From: Chloroflexota bacterium | GTDB taxonomy: Bacteria > Chloroflexota > Dehalococcoidia > E44-bin15 | DNA: 64,000 nt | Reading direction: 5' to 3' | NCBI GenBank assembly: GCA_034189655.1 | Contig: JAXHUE010000005.1 | Coordinates: forward strand, 4,408 to 68,407 | Part shown: one piece after another, positions 20,998-31,590 of the stretch | How the letters are laid out: the number at the start of each line of letters is the position of its first letter | Position numbering within the stretch: the stretch's first letter is position 1 | Notes under the pieces: generated by a model | What the model was told of the DNA's origin: nothing | Database searches by the model: none | Seen by the model: the letters and a program-made list of their open reading frames with translations, nothing else | Translations under genes and position numbers: made by a program

Positions 20998-21734
20998 CCC
21001 TTCCTCCGGCACAGCGCCTCCACGGTGAAGTAGCCCACCGCCGGGACGCGGACCCTCCTCAAGGCCTCCAGCCGCGGCCTCCTCACGTAGATGTCGCGGC
21101 ACTGCTCCGGCGCCGCCAGGCCGCAGGCGGCCGCCGCCCTCACGGCGAGGTCGAGGACGGGGTACCTGACGCCCACCGTCGCCCACTCCAGCGGCTCCAG
21201 GCCGCTCCCCGCGAGCAGGGCCAGGAACTGGTCGCGGGAGCGGTACTCCCGCACGTGGGTGGGGTCTAAGAGGAAGCCGCTGCCGTTGCGGTAGGCCCAG
21301 AACCCGTACCAGCTCTTGATCACCGAGGATATGTACGCCATGCCATCTGCCTTGAGCACCCGGCGCACCTCTTCCAGGAGCGCCCCGTCCTGGGCCACGT
21401 GCTCGATGAGCTGGGAGCATACGACCACGTCGAAGCTCTGGTCTCCCAGCTCCGGTACGTGGCAGGCATCGGAGACGACGCCCACGGCGTCCTCCATTGT
21501 GAGCGCGAACAGCGCGGCACGGCGCGGCGACAGGTCGACGCCGGCGACCACCGCCGCCCCACCCAGCAGGCCCTGCCGCTTGAGGGCAAACATGAGCCCG
21601 CCATCGCCGCAGCCCATGTCGAGCACGGCGAACGGCGCCCCGTCCCTGGTGGCGATGGCCCGCTCCAGGAGCCGCGGCGGCAGGCCGCCCAGAAAGTGGA
21701 AGTGGAGGCTTGAGTACCTCTGGAACTCGTCCAT
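20994..21734 (-). CDS. Class I SAM-dependent methyltransferase
   Basis: VLDMGCGDG, SFDVVVCSQLIEHV, RVLKADG, DPTHVREY. Confidence 0.9.
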   Translation of the reverse strand: MDEFQRYSSLHFHFLGGLPPRLLERAIATRDGAPFAVLDMGCGDGGLMFALKRQGLLGGAAVVAGVDLSPRRAALFALTMEDAVGVVSDACHVPELGDQSFDVVVCSQLIEHVAQDGALLEEVRRVLKADGMAYISSVIKSWYGFWAYRNGSGFLLDPTHVREYRSRDQFLALLAGSGLEPLEWATVGVRYPVLDLAVRAAAACGLAAPEQCRDIYVRRPRLEALRRVRVPAVGYFTVEALCRRKG

Positions 21735-21736
21735 GG

Positions 21737-22552
21737 CTAGCACCTCCTCCATCGGCCGTATGCGTACCCGGCGCCGCCAGCGCCGAACTCGCAGGCCTTC
21801 ATGAACATCATCCCCGCGGCGTGCAGCGGGTCTCGGGCCAGCCTCCTCGCGTTCCTGGCGAAGGCGGGCCGCAGCAGCACGAGTTGCCTCCGCGCCATGT
21901 CGCGGTGCTTGTTGAGGTAGAGGTGCAGCGTCCTGCCGTAGTAGAACTTCTTTCTCACCGTGTCGGACAGCCTGGCCCTCCCCTCGTGGTGGTGTATCAT
22001 GGCGTCCACCCTGCCGATGCGGGCGCCGCTCGCCTGCACCCGCAGGTGCAGGTCCCAGTCCTCGGCCATCACCAGGCACTCGTCGTAGCCGGAGACCCCC
22101 CAGAAGCTCGCCCGGTCGAAGAAGCGGGCGGCCTCGATGGTGTCGTCGCCGATGTAGCACTCCTTCTCCAGTGCCTTGCACCGTGCCCAGAACCCCTGGC
22201 CCACCGCTCTCTCCGGTATCACCAGGGCCTGGCCCCTCGTGCCGCTACACCTGGCCACGCACTCCTCGACGACCAGGGGGCAGAGGTCGAAGTCGGCGTC
22301 TACGAAGAGGAGGTACTCCCCCAGGGCGTTCTGGGCCCCGTAGTTCCGCTGCGCCGTCCGCTCCGGCCCCTGCATGAAGACCCGCGCCCCGTAGGCGGCG
22401 GCGACCTCCCTGGTACCATCGGTCGAGTAGTTGTCCACGACGATGACCTCGATGTTCCGGTAGGTCTGCTCCACGATGGAGCGCAGGCAGACCCCTATCG
22501 TCCCCTCCGAGTTCCTGGTGGGCAGTATCACCGATACCAGGGGCCCATCCAT
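21737..22552 (-). CDS. Glycosyltransferase family 2
   Basis: LVSVILPTRN, VVDNYSTDGT, FVDAD (DxD), AEDWDL. Confidence 0.93.
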   Translation of the reverse strand: MDGPLVSVILPTRNSEGTIGVCLRSIVEQTYRNIEVIVVDNYSTDGTREVAAAYGARVFMQGPERTAQRNYGAQNALGEYLLFVDADFDLCPLVVEECVARCSGTRGQALVIPERAVGQGFWARCKALEKECYIGDDTIEAARFFDRASFWGVSGYDECLVMAEDWDLHLRVQASGARIGRVDAMIHHHEGRARLSDTVRKKFYYGRTLHLYLNKHRDMARRQLVLLRPAFARNARRLARDPLHAAGMMFMKACEFGAGGAGYAYGRWRRC

Positions 22553-22577
22553 GTAGTCCCTCCCTTCTCGCGTAGGA

Positions 22578-23873
22578 TCACGCGCCGGCATGGCTCCCGC
22601 CTGCCGCGGCACCGCCTGCGGCAGCCATAAGCTGCCTCACATTGAAGAGGCCGACCATGACCAGGGCCAGGGCCGCGGAGATGAGCACCACGTCTACGAC
22701 TTGCTCGATGCTGGAATGGAACAGTGCCATGAGCACCACCTGTATGGCCATGGCCCCGGCAAGGGGATAGGCCACCCGGGTGCGGTTCACTGAGAGCAGG
22801 TAGAACATGAGCAGGCTGGCGATGGCGAACAGCGCCATGGCCAGCCCATACCTGAACAGGTGAGGGACGGCCAGCGGGTATTTGCCCATGAACAGGACGC
22901 CGACGACGAGGTCGGGGAAGAGCCAGAATGCCACCACCATGGCCCCCGATAAGAGCACGGTGAGCGCCATGGCGCGGTGCAGCACCGCGCGGTGGGCACC
23001 GCCCCCCTCTGTGAGACTGGCCGTCTTGGGGAACATGGCGATGGCGATGCCCCCGGGCACGAAGTAGACCAGCTTGCCCATCACCGAGATGGCGGAGTAG
23101 GTGCCGGCCTCGGCGGCGCTCAAGAAGTGCCTGGCCAGCACGACGTCGGCGTTGACCAGCACGGTGAAGGCAAAGAGGGCCACGAATGACAGCGCGGTGT
23201 AGGAGCGCAGGCCCGCCACCTCGACCTCCTCGCCGCCGGCGCGGGAGACGTCCTTGAGGAAGTACCTGGTCACGAAGAACACGACGGCGTAGGCCAGGAG
23301 GAATGACACCAGGGCACCGCTCGCCTTGAACCCCGCGTAGACCAGGCCGACGGCGATGGCAACCCGCAGGAAGGCCCACAGGGTGCTGCCTATGCCCAGG
23401 GGGACGAAGCGCTGCAGCCCGCGCAGTGTGGCCAGGTTGGTATAGACGGCGAACGTCAGCACCAGCGAGGAGAACAGGATGATGGGGTACCAGGCGCTGT
23501 CCAGGTGCAGGAATGAGACCAGCACCGGCGTGAGCGCGGCCAGGCAGATGAACGTGGCCAGCCCGATGAGCAGGGTGCGCCTCAGGAAGTAGTGCCACAG
23601 GAAGCCCACCCGCACCAGGCCACCGCCCTCCCTGGAGACGAACCTGGTGACCGTGGTATCGACGGTCCGGGAGAACACCGAGCAGATGATGAGCAGGGAC
23701 ATCAGGCTGATGACCACCCCGTAGTCCTCAGGGGTGAGCAGCCAGCCCATGGAGAGCTGGTAAAGGTAGTTGAAGAAGGCGGCGCCAAGGCCGAAGGCCA
23801 CCATGACGGCGCCGTGCCTGGTCATGTCGTCCGCCTTCACCCTGTACTTGAGCGCAGAGAGGTTGCTTACCAT
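22578..23873 (-). CDS. Oligosaccharide flippase (Wzx/MOP family)
   Basis: About 12 TM helices, LTPEDYG, ADVVLARHFLS..EAGTYSA, MFPK. Confidence 0.88.
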   Translation of the reverse strand: MVSNLSALKYRVKADDMTRHGAVMVAFGLGAAFFNYLYQLSMGWLLTPEDYGVVISLMSLLIICSVFSRTVDTTVTRFVSREGGGLVRVGFLWHYFLRRTLLIGLATFICLAALTPVLVSFLHLDSAWYPIILFSSLVLTFAVYTNLATLRGLQRFVPLGIGSTLWAFLRVAIAVGLVYAGFKASGALVSFLLAYAVVFFVTRYFLKDVSRAGGEEVEVAGLRSYTALSFVALFAFTVLVNADVVLARHFLSAAEAGTYSAISVMGKLVYFVPGGIAIAMFPKTASLTEGGGAHRAVLHRAMALTVLLSGAMVVAFWLFPDLVVGVLFMGKYPLAVPHLFRYGLAMALFAIASLLMFYLLSVNRTRVAYPLAGAMAIQVVLMALFHSSIEQVVDVVLISAALALVMVGLFNVRQLMAAAGGAAAGGSHAGA

Positions 23874-23880
23874 AAGGCCC

Positions 23881-25035
23881 TTACTGCATGGCGGCGTCGT
23901 GCCCCCATAGCGCCGAAGGGGCCCGCGCCTTTTCGCGTATCGCCCTGTCCAGTACCTTCTCGAAGTCGCGGGTGCTCCTTGCCCAGCTGAAGGTGGCGGC
24001 CCACTCCACGGCGTTGCCACCCAGCCGCTGCCTGAGCGCATCGTCGGAGAGCAGCTCCACTATGCCGTCGGCGAGCCGCTCGATGTCCCCCGCGGGGCGG
24101 ACGAGGAGGCCGGTCTCGCGGTGGCGTATCGAGTCCCGAAGCCCGGGGACATCGTAGGCGACGACCGGCGTGCCGAAGGCATTGGCCTCAAGCACCGTGA
24201 TCCCCCACCCCTCCTTCATCGACGGGGTGACGAACACCCACGCCCGCCGCATTATCTCCGCCTTCTCTGCCTCGGAGACCTCACCGCAGATGGTGATGCC
24301 CGGCCCCAGCGCCGAGACGTCCACCAGGTCGCAGAGCTCGGCCTGGAGGTCGCCCCTGCCGGCGATCACCAGCTCGGCCTCCGCTATCTGTCTGCGGACG
24401 ATGGCGAAGGCCCGCAGCAGGTGGTCGAGCTGCTTGTAGCGCTTTATCCGGCCCACGTAGGCCACGAGCGGCCGCGGCGACTTGACCGCCAGGCCCGCCC
24501 GCTCCATGCCGGTGGCGTTGTAGACGATGTCTATCCTCTCTCCCGGCATGTCGAGCGCGACGAGCTGGTCGCGGGTGCTGGGGGACACCGCCACCACCGG
24601 CGCCCGGCGGTAGAGGAGCGGTATGCCCCGCTCGGCAAGCCAGGCGACGGTGGCGAGGGGCAGGGGCAGCTCCCTTCTGAATATGGGCCACCCCACCAGG
24701 TGGTGGATGACCGCCACCCGTGGCCGGCGCACGAACAGCGGGGTGAAGAAGGGCACACCGTTTATGTTGTCGACGACGACATCGAAGCCCTCTCTCCTCA
24801 AGCGGAGCAGGTAGTCGAGCGCGGCGCGCAGGTAGAGGGTGAACCGCCCTCCCCTCCTCACTATCTCAATCCCGTCTATGTGCTCGCTGCGCCGGCACCC
24901 TGGGTAGCTGCCACAGTACAGGGTCACCCTGTGCCGCTGGCCCAGGCCTTTGCCTATCTCGTGGAGATAGAGCTCAGCGCCACCCGCCTGGGGGTGGGTG
25001 ATGTCCCTCCAGTTGAAGAAGAGGAGCTTCATCAT
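23881..25035 (-). CDS. Glycosyltransferase family 4
   Basis: NWRDITHPQAGGAE, GRIKRYK, KEGWGITVLEANAFGTP. Confidence 0.93.
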   Translation of the reverse strand: MMKLLFFNWRDITHPQAGGAELYLHEIGKGLGQRHRVTLYCGSYPGCRRSEHIDGIEIVRRGGRFTLYLRAALDYLLRLRREGFDVVVDNINGVPFFTPLFVRRPRVAVIHHLVGWPIFRRELPLPLATVAWLAERGIPLLYRRAPVVAVSPSTRDQLVALDMPGERIDIVYNATGMERAGLAVKSPRPLVAYVGRIKRYKQLDHLLRAFAIVRRQIAEAELVIAGRGDLQAELCDLVDVSALGPGITICGEVSEAEKAEIMRRAWVFVTPSMKEGWGITVLEANAFGTPVVAYDVPGLRDSIRHRETGLLVRPAGDIERLADGIVELLSDDALRQRLGGNAVEWAATFSWARSTRDFEKVLDRAIREKARAPSALWGHDAAMQ

Positions 25036-25784
25036 TCTGTGCTCTGAACGGGGTTGCGCTCGTCGAGAGCCCACCGCGGGCGCTCGAGGCCCTCCAGCTT
25101 GAGCCTGAGCACGGTGGAGAACATCGCCGGTATCGCCTTCCTCATGCTCACGGTGGACCCGCACCGCTCCCGCCAGGTGATGGGAACCTCCTTGACCACA
25201 CAGCCGCCCTGCATGAGCCGGTAGAGGAGCTCGACATCGAAGGCGAAGTTGGCCACCCGCAGCCGGGAGAGCACCCTCTCGATGGCCTGCCTGCGGAACA
25301 CCTTGGCACCGCACTGGGTGTCCCTGAAGGGCAGCCTCAACAGGAGCCTCACCAGCAGGTTGAATCCCCGGCTCGCCACGCGCCGCATCAGGGGCTGCCG
25401 CGCCGGCACACTGGAGCCGGGGAGCCAGCGCGAGGCTATGGTGGCATCGCACTCAGCGAGGGCGGCGACAAGCCTCTCGAACTCGGCGGCATCGGTGGAG
25501 CCGTCGGCATCGGTGAACCCCACTATGTCGCCGTGGGCTGCCCGCAGGCCCTCTACCACGGCACCCCCCTTGCCCAGCCGCTCCCTGAAGGTGAGCGGCC
25601 TTATGCTGCCGTTCTTGCGGGCGATGCCAGACACCACCTCGTCGGTGCCGTCGGTGCACCCGTTCATCACCACGATGAGCTCCAGGTCGTACCTGGCGCT
25701 GAGGTGGGTGGCGTAGCTCTCGACGGTGGGCCCTATCCGGCGGCCCTCGTTGCACGCCGGGATGATGACTGACAGCGAGGTCAT
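25032..25784 (-). CDS. Polyprenyl/dolichyl-phosphate glycosyltransferase (GT2, ALG5/DPM1-like)
   Basis: IIPACNE, GKGGAV, FTDADGS, DTQCGAKVF, FAFDVELL. Confidence 0.9.
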   Translation of the reverse strand: MTSLSVIIPACNEGRRIGPTVESYATHLSARYDLELIVVMNGCTDGTDEVVSGIARKNGSIRPLTFRERLGKGGAVVEGLRAAHGDIVGFTDADGSTDAAEFERLVAALAECDATIASRWLPGSSVPARQPLMRRVASRGFNLLVRLLLRLPFRDTQCGAKVFRRQAIERVLSRLRVANFAFDVELLYRLMQGGCVVKEVPITWRERCGSTVSMRKAIPAMFSTVLRLKLEGLERPRWALDERNPVQSTE

Positions 25785-25802
25785 CTCTCACCTCACATTG
25801 GT

Positions 25803-26690
25803 CTACTCTTCGTACGTCTCAACGCGCTCCTCGACCACGACGGTCGACCTCCTGCTCCACAGGTACCAGGCGAGCACGCCTGCCGCGCCCAGGGCCGAGG
25901 CACCGATGACGCCGCCGAGGAGGGGCCAGTTCGTGGGCACGGGCATGGTGGTGAAGGAGTACGTGTCCGATGACGCCATGTTGCCCGAGGCATCTGTGGA
26001 GAGCGCCTGGAAGCTGTAGGTGGTCCCCGCCAGCAGGTCGACCAGGGTGACGCTGTGGCTGGTGACCAGTGTGGCGTCCGCGGACAGGCTGGAGCCGGCG
26101 TCTACCCAGTACAGCACCTGGCTGTCTGCCGGGTCGTCGGTGGTCCAGGTTATGGTGACGCTGTCTTCCGTGATGGCGGCGATGGTCACGGTGGAGATCA
26201 CCGGGGCGGAGGTGTCCGTGGCCTGGGGCAGTGTGTTGAAGGTGTAGTCATCGGATACCGCCAGGTTGCCCGACTCGTCGCACGACCTCACGTTGTAGGT
26301 ATAGGTGGTCTCCGGCAAGAGGTCGCTCAAGGTGATGCTGTGGCTGGTGACCAGCTCCGGCACAAGCGGCGACATGGAGGTGGGGCTGGCCCCGTACTCC
26401 ACCTGGCTGTCCGCGGGCTCATCGGTGCTCCAGCATATGGTGGCGGCTGTGGCGTCGATGCCGGTGGCCGCCACGCCGGATATCTCGGGCGCGGCGCGGT
26501 CACGGGTGTCCACCCACCCGCCACCGCCAAATGAGCCCCACCCGCTGCCCCCGTAGCCGTAGCCCGTGCGGCCCAGGGCCACCGTGGTCGCCGTCACCGT
26601 GCCCAGGAGGAGCAGAAGGGCGATGATGGAAGCGGTGATGAGGCCACTCTTGACCACTCCGCTCGTGAAAAACGACTTCGACCATCCCAT
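25803..26690 (-). CDS. Secreted, C-terminally anchored protein with two FN3-like (purple-acid-phosphatase N-terminal-type) domains
   Basis: Signal peptide, GYGYG, twice ITWxTD.PADSQV.Y...LVTSHS.TL.DLL..TTY....S.D.SGN, C-terminal TM followed by RR. Confidence 0.8.
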   Translation of the reverse strand: MGWSKSFFTSGVVKSGLITASIIALLLLLGTVTATTVALGRTGYGYGGSGWGSFGGGGWVDTRDRAAPEISGVAATGIDATAATICWSTDEPADSQVEYGASPTSMSPLVPELVTSHSITLSDLLPETTYTYNVRSCDESGNLAVSDDYTFNTLPQATDTSAPVISTVTIAAITEDSVTITWTTDDPADSQVLYWVDAGSSLSADATLVTSHSVTLVDLLAGTTYSFQALSTDASGNMASSDTYSFTTMPVPTNWPLLGGVIGASALGAAGVLAWYLWSRRSTVVVEERVETYEE

Positions 26691-26976
26691 GGAAGGCCCT
26701 CCTCGCTTCTGTGTTGCCCGTATCTGACCTGGGGTGTCCTCATCCCATGCCACCGTCCCCACCTCTCCCTCGAAGATACTTCCCAGTCCTGCGCAAGGCG
26801 ACCGCGCTGTCCTCTATCATTGGGCGGGCTATCTACCAAAGAGTGGTGGTAGGCAGCCCCTATGGAGCACACACACAAGGCGGGGGACCCTCACCCGGTT
26901 GACGTCCCCACGGTAGAAACCGATGGCGAGACCACTGAAAAAGCGTGAGCGTCGCCAGGCGGCGGGCCGCGGCCGC

Positions 26977-27065
26977 TGGGGGGCTGCTCCCACGGGAAAT
27001 GGGGGAAAGGCCCCGCAAAAATGGAGGATAGCGTGGTCGTATTTTGGGCCCGTCATTGGTAGCGT
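26977..27065 (+). promoter_or_regulatory. Conserved promoter module, copy 1 (upstream of the GGDEF gene)
   Basis: AAAATGGAGGATAGCGTGGTCGTATTTT at 27018-27045, TAGCGT (-10-like) at 27060. Ungapped similarity to 45666-45754. Confidence 0.7.
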
Positions 27066-27112
27066 CAAACGGTGGGGTGTGCCCGGAGAGAAAACGGAGC
27101 GGAGAGGGTTAG

Positions 27113-29326
27113 TTGTATACGCTACTGCTGTTCTTCATATTCCTGTTCCTGTTCCTCTTCCTTATGTTCCTGTGCCTGTACTTGGGGGACATCGGCAACA
27201 AGAGGAGGGCACGGGAGAAGGTGCTGGGCCACGCCAGGCGGCTCGAGGCGCTCAACGCCGTGGCGCAGACAGTGAGCAAGACGCTGGAGCTCGACGAGCT
27301 GCTCCACAGCGCCCTGGCCACGGCGATAGAGGTGATGGGGGCCGATACCGGCTCTGTCTTCGAGATCGACCTGTCGGCGAGCGAGCTTCGGCTCAGGTCA
27401 TACGTGAACGTTTCCGACGGCCTGGTCGACAGGGTGCTGCGGCTACCGCTGGACGACGAGGAGCTGGAGCGGGCGCTCCAGTGGACGGACCCCAGTGTGT
27501 CGGTGTGGGAGGTCTTCAGTGAACATAACCTCTTACTCATGGCAGAGGCGATGCAGCAAGAGCAGGTGCGCTCCTTCGCCGTGGTCCCCTTCTCGGCCCG
27601 GGACCAGCTCCACGGCTTCATCAGCGTGGGGGCCTGCCTGGAGCGCCAGTTCGGGCCCGATGAGATCGAGCTGCTCCAGGCCATAGGCAACCAGATAAGC
27701 GTGGGGCTGGAGAACGCACTGCTCTACCAGGACGCCAGGGACAAGGCGGTGCGCCTGGAGACACTCCACGCCATCGCCGCCACCTGCAGCCAGAGCCTCG
27801 ACCTCGACCGCCTGTTCGCTACCGTCCTGGACAAGATACTGGAGCTCACCGATGTGGACGCCGTCCTCATCTTCTCCGCCGATATCGCCATAAAGCGCGC
27901 CTGCCTCAGGGCGCACCGGGGGATAGGCGACGAGACCGCCGAGCTGGTGCGGGAGCTGGAGCTGAGCGTGGAGAGAGATACGGCCGAGGGCTTCATCGCA
28001 CGGGGCCAGCCCATACTCGGGCTGCGGCAGATGCTCAGCGAGTCTGCCCTCTCGTCGACCATGGGGGCAGTGCGGCGCGAGGGGCTCAAGTCCTTCCTCA
28101 CGCTTCCCTTCAGGTCGCGGGAGAGGTTCCGCGGCGCCGTCATCCTGGCCTCACGCGCCGAGCGCCACTTCAGCCCCGACGAGATCGGCCTCCTGGAGTC
28201 CATCAGCAACGAGCTCGCGGTGGGCATAGAGAACGCCAACCTCTACCAGCAGGTATCGGAGAAGGCGGAGCGCCTGGCCCTCATCGCCGAGGTGACCAAG
28301 GTCATCGGCTCCAGCCTCTACATCGAGGACGTGTTCGAGGGCTTCGTCGCCGGCATCAAGCGGCTGGTGGACGCCGACCGCGTGGCCATCAATGTCATCG
28401 AGGGTGAGACCAAGCGCGTCTTCGCCGTATCGTCAAAGGTGTCCACTGAGCTGGGGTGGGGGGTGTCCTCTCCCCTCGCTGGCTCGGCCACTGAGTGGCT
28501 CATGAACCACCGCAGGCCCATCGTCGAGGACGACCTGGCAGCGGACACGATGTTTGAGAGCAGCCGCATCCTCCATGAAGAGGGCTTCAAGTCGGCCATC
28601 AGGCTGCCCCTCATCGCGCGCGGCGGCGTCATCGGCTCCTTCAGCGTGAGCAGCCGCCGTCCCCATGCCTACTGCGGTCGGGAGCGTGAGCTACTGGAGC
28701 AGGTCACCGGACAGCTTGCCATGGCCGTTGAGAACATGAGGCTCTACCAGCACACGGAGTACCTGGCCTGGACCGACGGCCTCACCGGCCTCTACAACCG
28801 GCGCTACCTCGCAGAGCAGATGGGGCGGGAGCTGGCCCGCGCCCAGCGGCTGGACGTCCCGCTCTCGCTCATCCTCATCGACCTGAACGAGTTGAAGCGG
28901 GTCAACGACCACTTCGGGCACGAGGCAGGGGACATGCTGCTGTGGGAGCTCAGCCGCATCATCCACGAGAGCATGCGCCGCTCCGACATCGCGGCGAGGT
29001 GGGGCGGCGATGAGTTCCTCATCATGGCAGCGGAGGCCGACATCGACGGCGCCGATGCCCTGGCGCGGCGCATCGTCTCTAAGGTGGTGCGCTTCCGCAA
29101 GAAGGTGAACGACGAGTGGGTGTCCCTGGGGGTGAGCATAGGCATCGCCTCCTATCCCGCCCACGCCGAAAGCCTCCTCGACCTGATCAGGAAGGCGGAC
29201 GAGGCCATGTACTGGGCCAAGAGGAGGGGGAGGGGCTCTTCCATCGCCAGGGCACTGCCCGACGGCGAGCAGCCCAGCCCCGGCAAGGACGGGGCCAGCA
29301 TAGGCACGTCCACCAAGATGAAATGA
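27113..29326 (+). CDS. Membrane-anchored diguanylate cyclase (TM-GAF-GAF-GAF-GGDEF)
   Basis: TDGLTGLYNRR, VNDHFGHEAGD, RRSD I-site, RWGGDEF, three GAF domains ending ENA.LY/ENMRLY. TTG start. Confidence 0.93.
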   Translation: MYTLLLFFIFLFLFLFLMFLCLYLGDIGNKRRAREKVLGHARRLEALNAVAQTVSKTLELDELLHSALATAIEVMGADTGSVFEIDLSASELRLRSYVNVSDGLVDRVLRLPLDDEELERALQWTDPSVSVWEVFSEHNLLLMAEAMQQEQVRSFAVVPFSARDQLHGFISVGACLERQFGPDEIELLQAIGNQISVGLENALLYQDARDKAVRLETLHAIAATCSQSLDLDRLFATVLDKILELTDVDAVLIFSADIAIKRACLRAHRGIGDETAELVRELELSVERDTAEGFIARGQPILGLRQMLSESALSSTMGAVRREGLKSFLTLPFRSRERFRGAVILASRAERHFSPDEIGLLESISNELAVGIENANLYQQVSEKAERLALIAEVTKVIGSSLYIEDVFEGFVAGIKRLVDADRVAINVIEGETKRVFAVSSKVSTELGWGVSSPLAGSATEWLMNHRRPIVEDDLAADTMFESSRILHEEGFKSAIRLPLIARGGVIGSFSVSSRRPHAYCGRERELLEQVTGQLAMAVENMRLYQHTEYLAWTDGLTGLYNRRYLAEQMGRELARAQRLDVPLSLILIDLNELKRVNDHFGHEAGDMLLWELSRIIHESMRRSDIAARWGGDEFLIMAAEADIDGADALARRIVSKVVRFRKKVNDEWVSLGVSIGIASYPAHAESLLDLIRKADEAMYWAKRRGRGSSIARALPDGEQPSPGKDGASIGTSTKMK

Positions 29327-29389
29327 CATCACGGGCACCGGCGATGACGGGGCCACCACGGGGAGAGGGCAGCCCTCTCCTGTACGAGC

Positions 29390-31576
29390 ATGTATGCTAT
29401 GAGTAGCGTGAGAGTAGCAGTCACAATACTTGTCACAGTGGCCATGCTGGCCACCTGGGGCACTGCCCTGGCCCTCTCGCCCACCCCCTCGCTGGCGCAG
29501 CTTGAGCCCGCCATAGCCTTCGCGCCTGACGGGATGGAGTTCAGCGCCGTCGAGAACGGCGAAGACCCCGCCCCGCAGACGCTGGAGGTCTGGAACGGCG
29601 GCAACGGGACGCTGGAGTGGGCCGTAGAGTGCGACGTGGACTGGGTGTCCCTGGAGCCGCTGGCCGGGGCCTCGGGTAACCCCATGGACAGTAACCCGGT
29701 GACGGTGACCGTCGATATCTCTGGCCTCGCCGCCGGCAACCACACCGCCACCATAACCATCACCGACGGCGATGCCATAAACAGCCCGCAGACCATCCCG
29801 GTCACCCTGACACTGGCCCCCGACATAGACTACAGCCCGCAGGGCTTCCTCTTCACCGCGTGCAACGAGGACCCCCCGGCGCAAGTGCTCTCCATCGAGA
29901 ACATCGGCTCGGAGGTACTCTCGTGGTCGCTGGACGTCGAGTATGGGCCGGGCGGGCCCACGGGCTGGCTCGTCCCCTCCTACACCAGCGGCGCCGCCGG
30001 CGTCGGCGAGACGGACGACATCGACATCGCGGCCAATGTCACCGACATCGAGAGCGGCACCCACAGCGCCACCATCGTGATAAACGGCAACAGCCTGCCG
30101 GTGGCAGAGGTCGATGTCACCCTGCAGCTCAACCTGCCGGCCATAGAGTACAGCCCGGCCAGCCTGGACTTCAGCGCCGTGGCGGAAGGGCCCAACCCGG
30201 CGCACCAGACCTTGAGCATCGCAAACGGCTGCGAGGGCACCCTGGAGTGGTCCCTGGACAACGGCGATGTCACCTGGCTGGCCCTGGCGCCCTCCAGCGG
30301 CAACTGCACCGTGGGGAGCGTCCCGGTGTCCGTCTCCGTCGATATCACCGGCCTGGCCGCGTGTACCCTGGAGACCGTTATCACCATCACCGCACCCGGC
30401 GCTACCAATAGCCCCCAGACCGTGCCCGTCACCCTCACCGTAGCGCCACCGGTAACCCCCACCCCGACGCCGACCCCCTCCCCGACGCCCACGCCGACAC
30501 CTACCCCCACGCCCACGCCCGACGCCACGCCGCCGACACTGGAGGGCCTGGGGTGGGCCGACAACGACGGCTCAGGCGATGTGAGCGCCGGAGATGTGCT
30601 CCAGTTCACCTTCAGCGAGGAGATGGACACCACCACCATCGACAGCGTGGACGAGATAAACTCGCGCCTGGATAGCTCGGCATCGGGCACTACGGACTAC
30701 GGCGCTACGTTTACCTATAGCTGGAACGCGGCAAAGACGGTGCTCTCGGTGACCCTGGGGCCGGCCCCGGCCATGAGCGTGGGCAGCACAGTCAACCCCT
30801 CGAACGATGTGAAGGACACGGCGGGGAACCCCGACGCTACCACGGCGCCGGGGCCGGCCCTGCTCTCTACGCCGACGCTTACCCCCACACCCAGCGCCAC
30901 ACCTACACCGACGCCCACACCCACGCCTACGCCCACCCCGACGCCGACACCTACCCCCACGCCTACGCCGACACCGACGCCCACCCCCACGCCCACGCCC
31001 GACCCCACGCACGTGACCCGGGTGGTGGGTATCGGTGCCGAGTCGGTGTCGACGCCCGACGGCAGGGTGACCGTCAACTTTGCCGCGGGGACCTTCAGCA
31101 GCTCCAGCACCGTGAGCATCCGTCACAGCTCAAGCTGCCCCGGGGCCCCCGAAGGCTACGCCAATGGCGGGATCTGCGTCTCCATCACCTCCACGCTCAC
31201 GCCCCAGAAGCCGGTCACGATTTGCCTAAACTACACCAGCAGTGACCTGACCGCGGCAGAGGGAGACGCCTCCAGGCTGAGGATCGGGTACTACGATAGC
31301 TCCACGTCGACCTGGTACATCCTGCCCTCCACTGTGAACGAGGGCATGATGACGGTGTGTGCCGAGGTCGACCACTTGAGCAGCTTCTCGGTGCTCGCCG
31401 CCCCACCTTCCGCGGGAGGCTTCCTGGGACTCCCGCTGTGGCTCCTGATAGTCATCATCGTCGCCCTGGCAGTGGTGGGAGGGGCCATCTACTGGCTGTT
31501 CTTCGCCAATCCCCCTGGCGGCGATGACGAGGACGATGACGAGGGTGAGCCGATGTGGGGGAGCGCCACCCCTTAA
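29390..31576 (+). CDS. Secreted surface protein: signal peptide, three BACON/Ig-like domains, PT linkers, Ig-like domain, C-terminal TM anchor
   Basis: Repeated P..QTL.I.N.G...L.W...WL motifs, (PT)n linkers, VDHLSSFSV before the TM, acidic tail. Confidence 0.8.
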   Translation: MYAMSSVRVAVTILVTVAMLATWGTALALSPTPSLAQLEPAIAFAPDGMEFSAVENGEDPAPQTLEVWNGGNGTLEWAVECDVDWVSLEPLAGASGNPMDSNPVTVTVDISGLAAGNHTATITITDGDAINSPQTIPVTLTLAPDIDYSPQGFLFTACNEDPPAQVLSIENIGSEVLSWSLDVEYGPGGPTGWLVPSYTSGAAGVGETDDIDIAANVTDIESGTHSATIVINGNSLPVAEVDVTLQLNLPAIEYSPASLDFSAVAEGPNPAHQTLSIANGCEGTLEWSLDNGDVTWLALAPSSGNCTVGSVPVSVSVDITGLAACTLETVITITAPGATNSPQTVPVTLTVAPPVTPTPTPTPSPTPTPTPTPTPTPDATPPTLEGLGWADNDGSGDVSAGDVLQFTFSEEMDTTTIDSVDEINSRLDSSASGTTDYGATFTYSWNAAKTVLSVTLGPAPAMSVGSTVNPSNDVKDTAGNPDATTAPGPALLSTPTLTPTPSATPTPTPTPTPTPTPTPTPTPTPTPTPTPTPTPTPDPTHVTRVVGIGAESVSTPDGRVTVNFAAGTFSSSSTVSIRHSSSCPGAPEGYANGGICVSITSTLTPQKPVTICLNYTSSDLTAAEGDASRLRIGYYDSSTSTWYILPSTVNEGMMTVCAEVDHLSSFSVLAAPPSAGGFLGLPLWLLIVIIVALAVVGGAIYWLFFANPPGGDDEDDDEGEPMWGSATP
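30455..31005 (+). repeat. Two Pro-Thr coding repeats (~30455-30520 and ~30870-31000)
   Basis: (ACN CCN)n translating to TPTPTP linkers. Confidence 0.9.
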
Positions 31577-31590
31577 GGCCTCACACCACA

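Noticed and set aside
30455-31005. Short-period repeats as a VNTR or CRISPR
   Set aside because: They are in-frame Pro-Thr linkers with synonymous codon variation.
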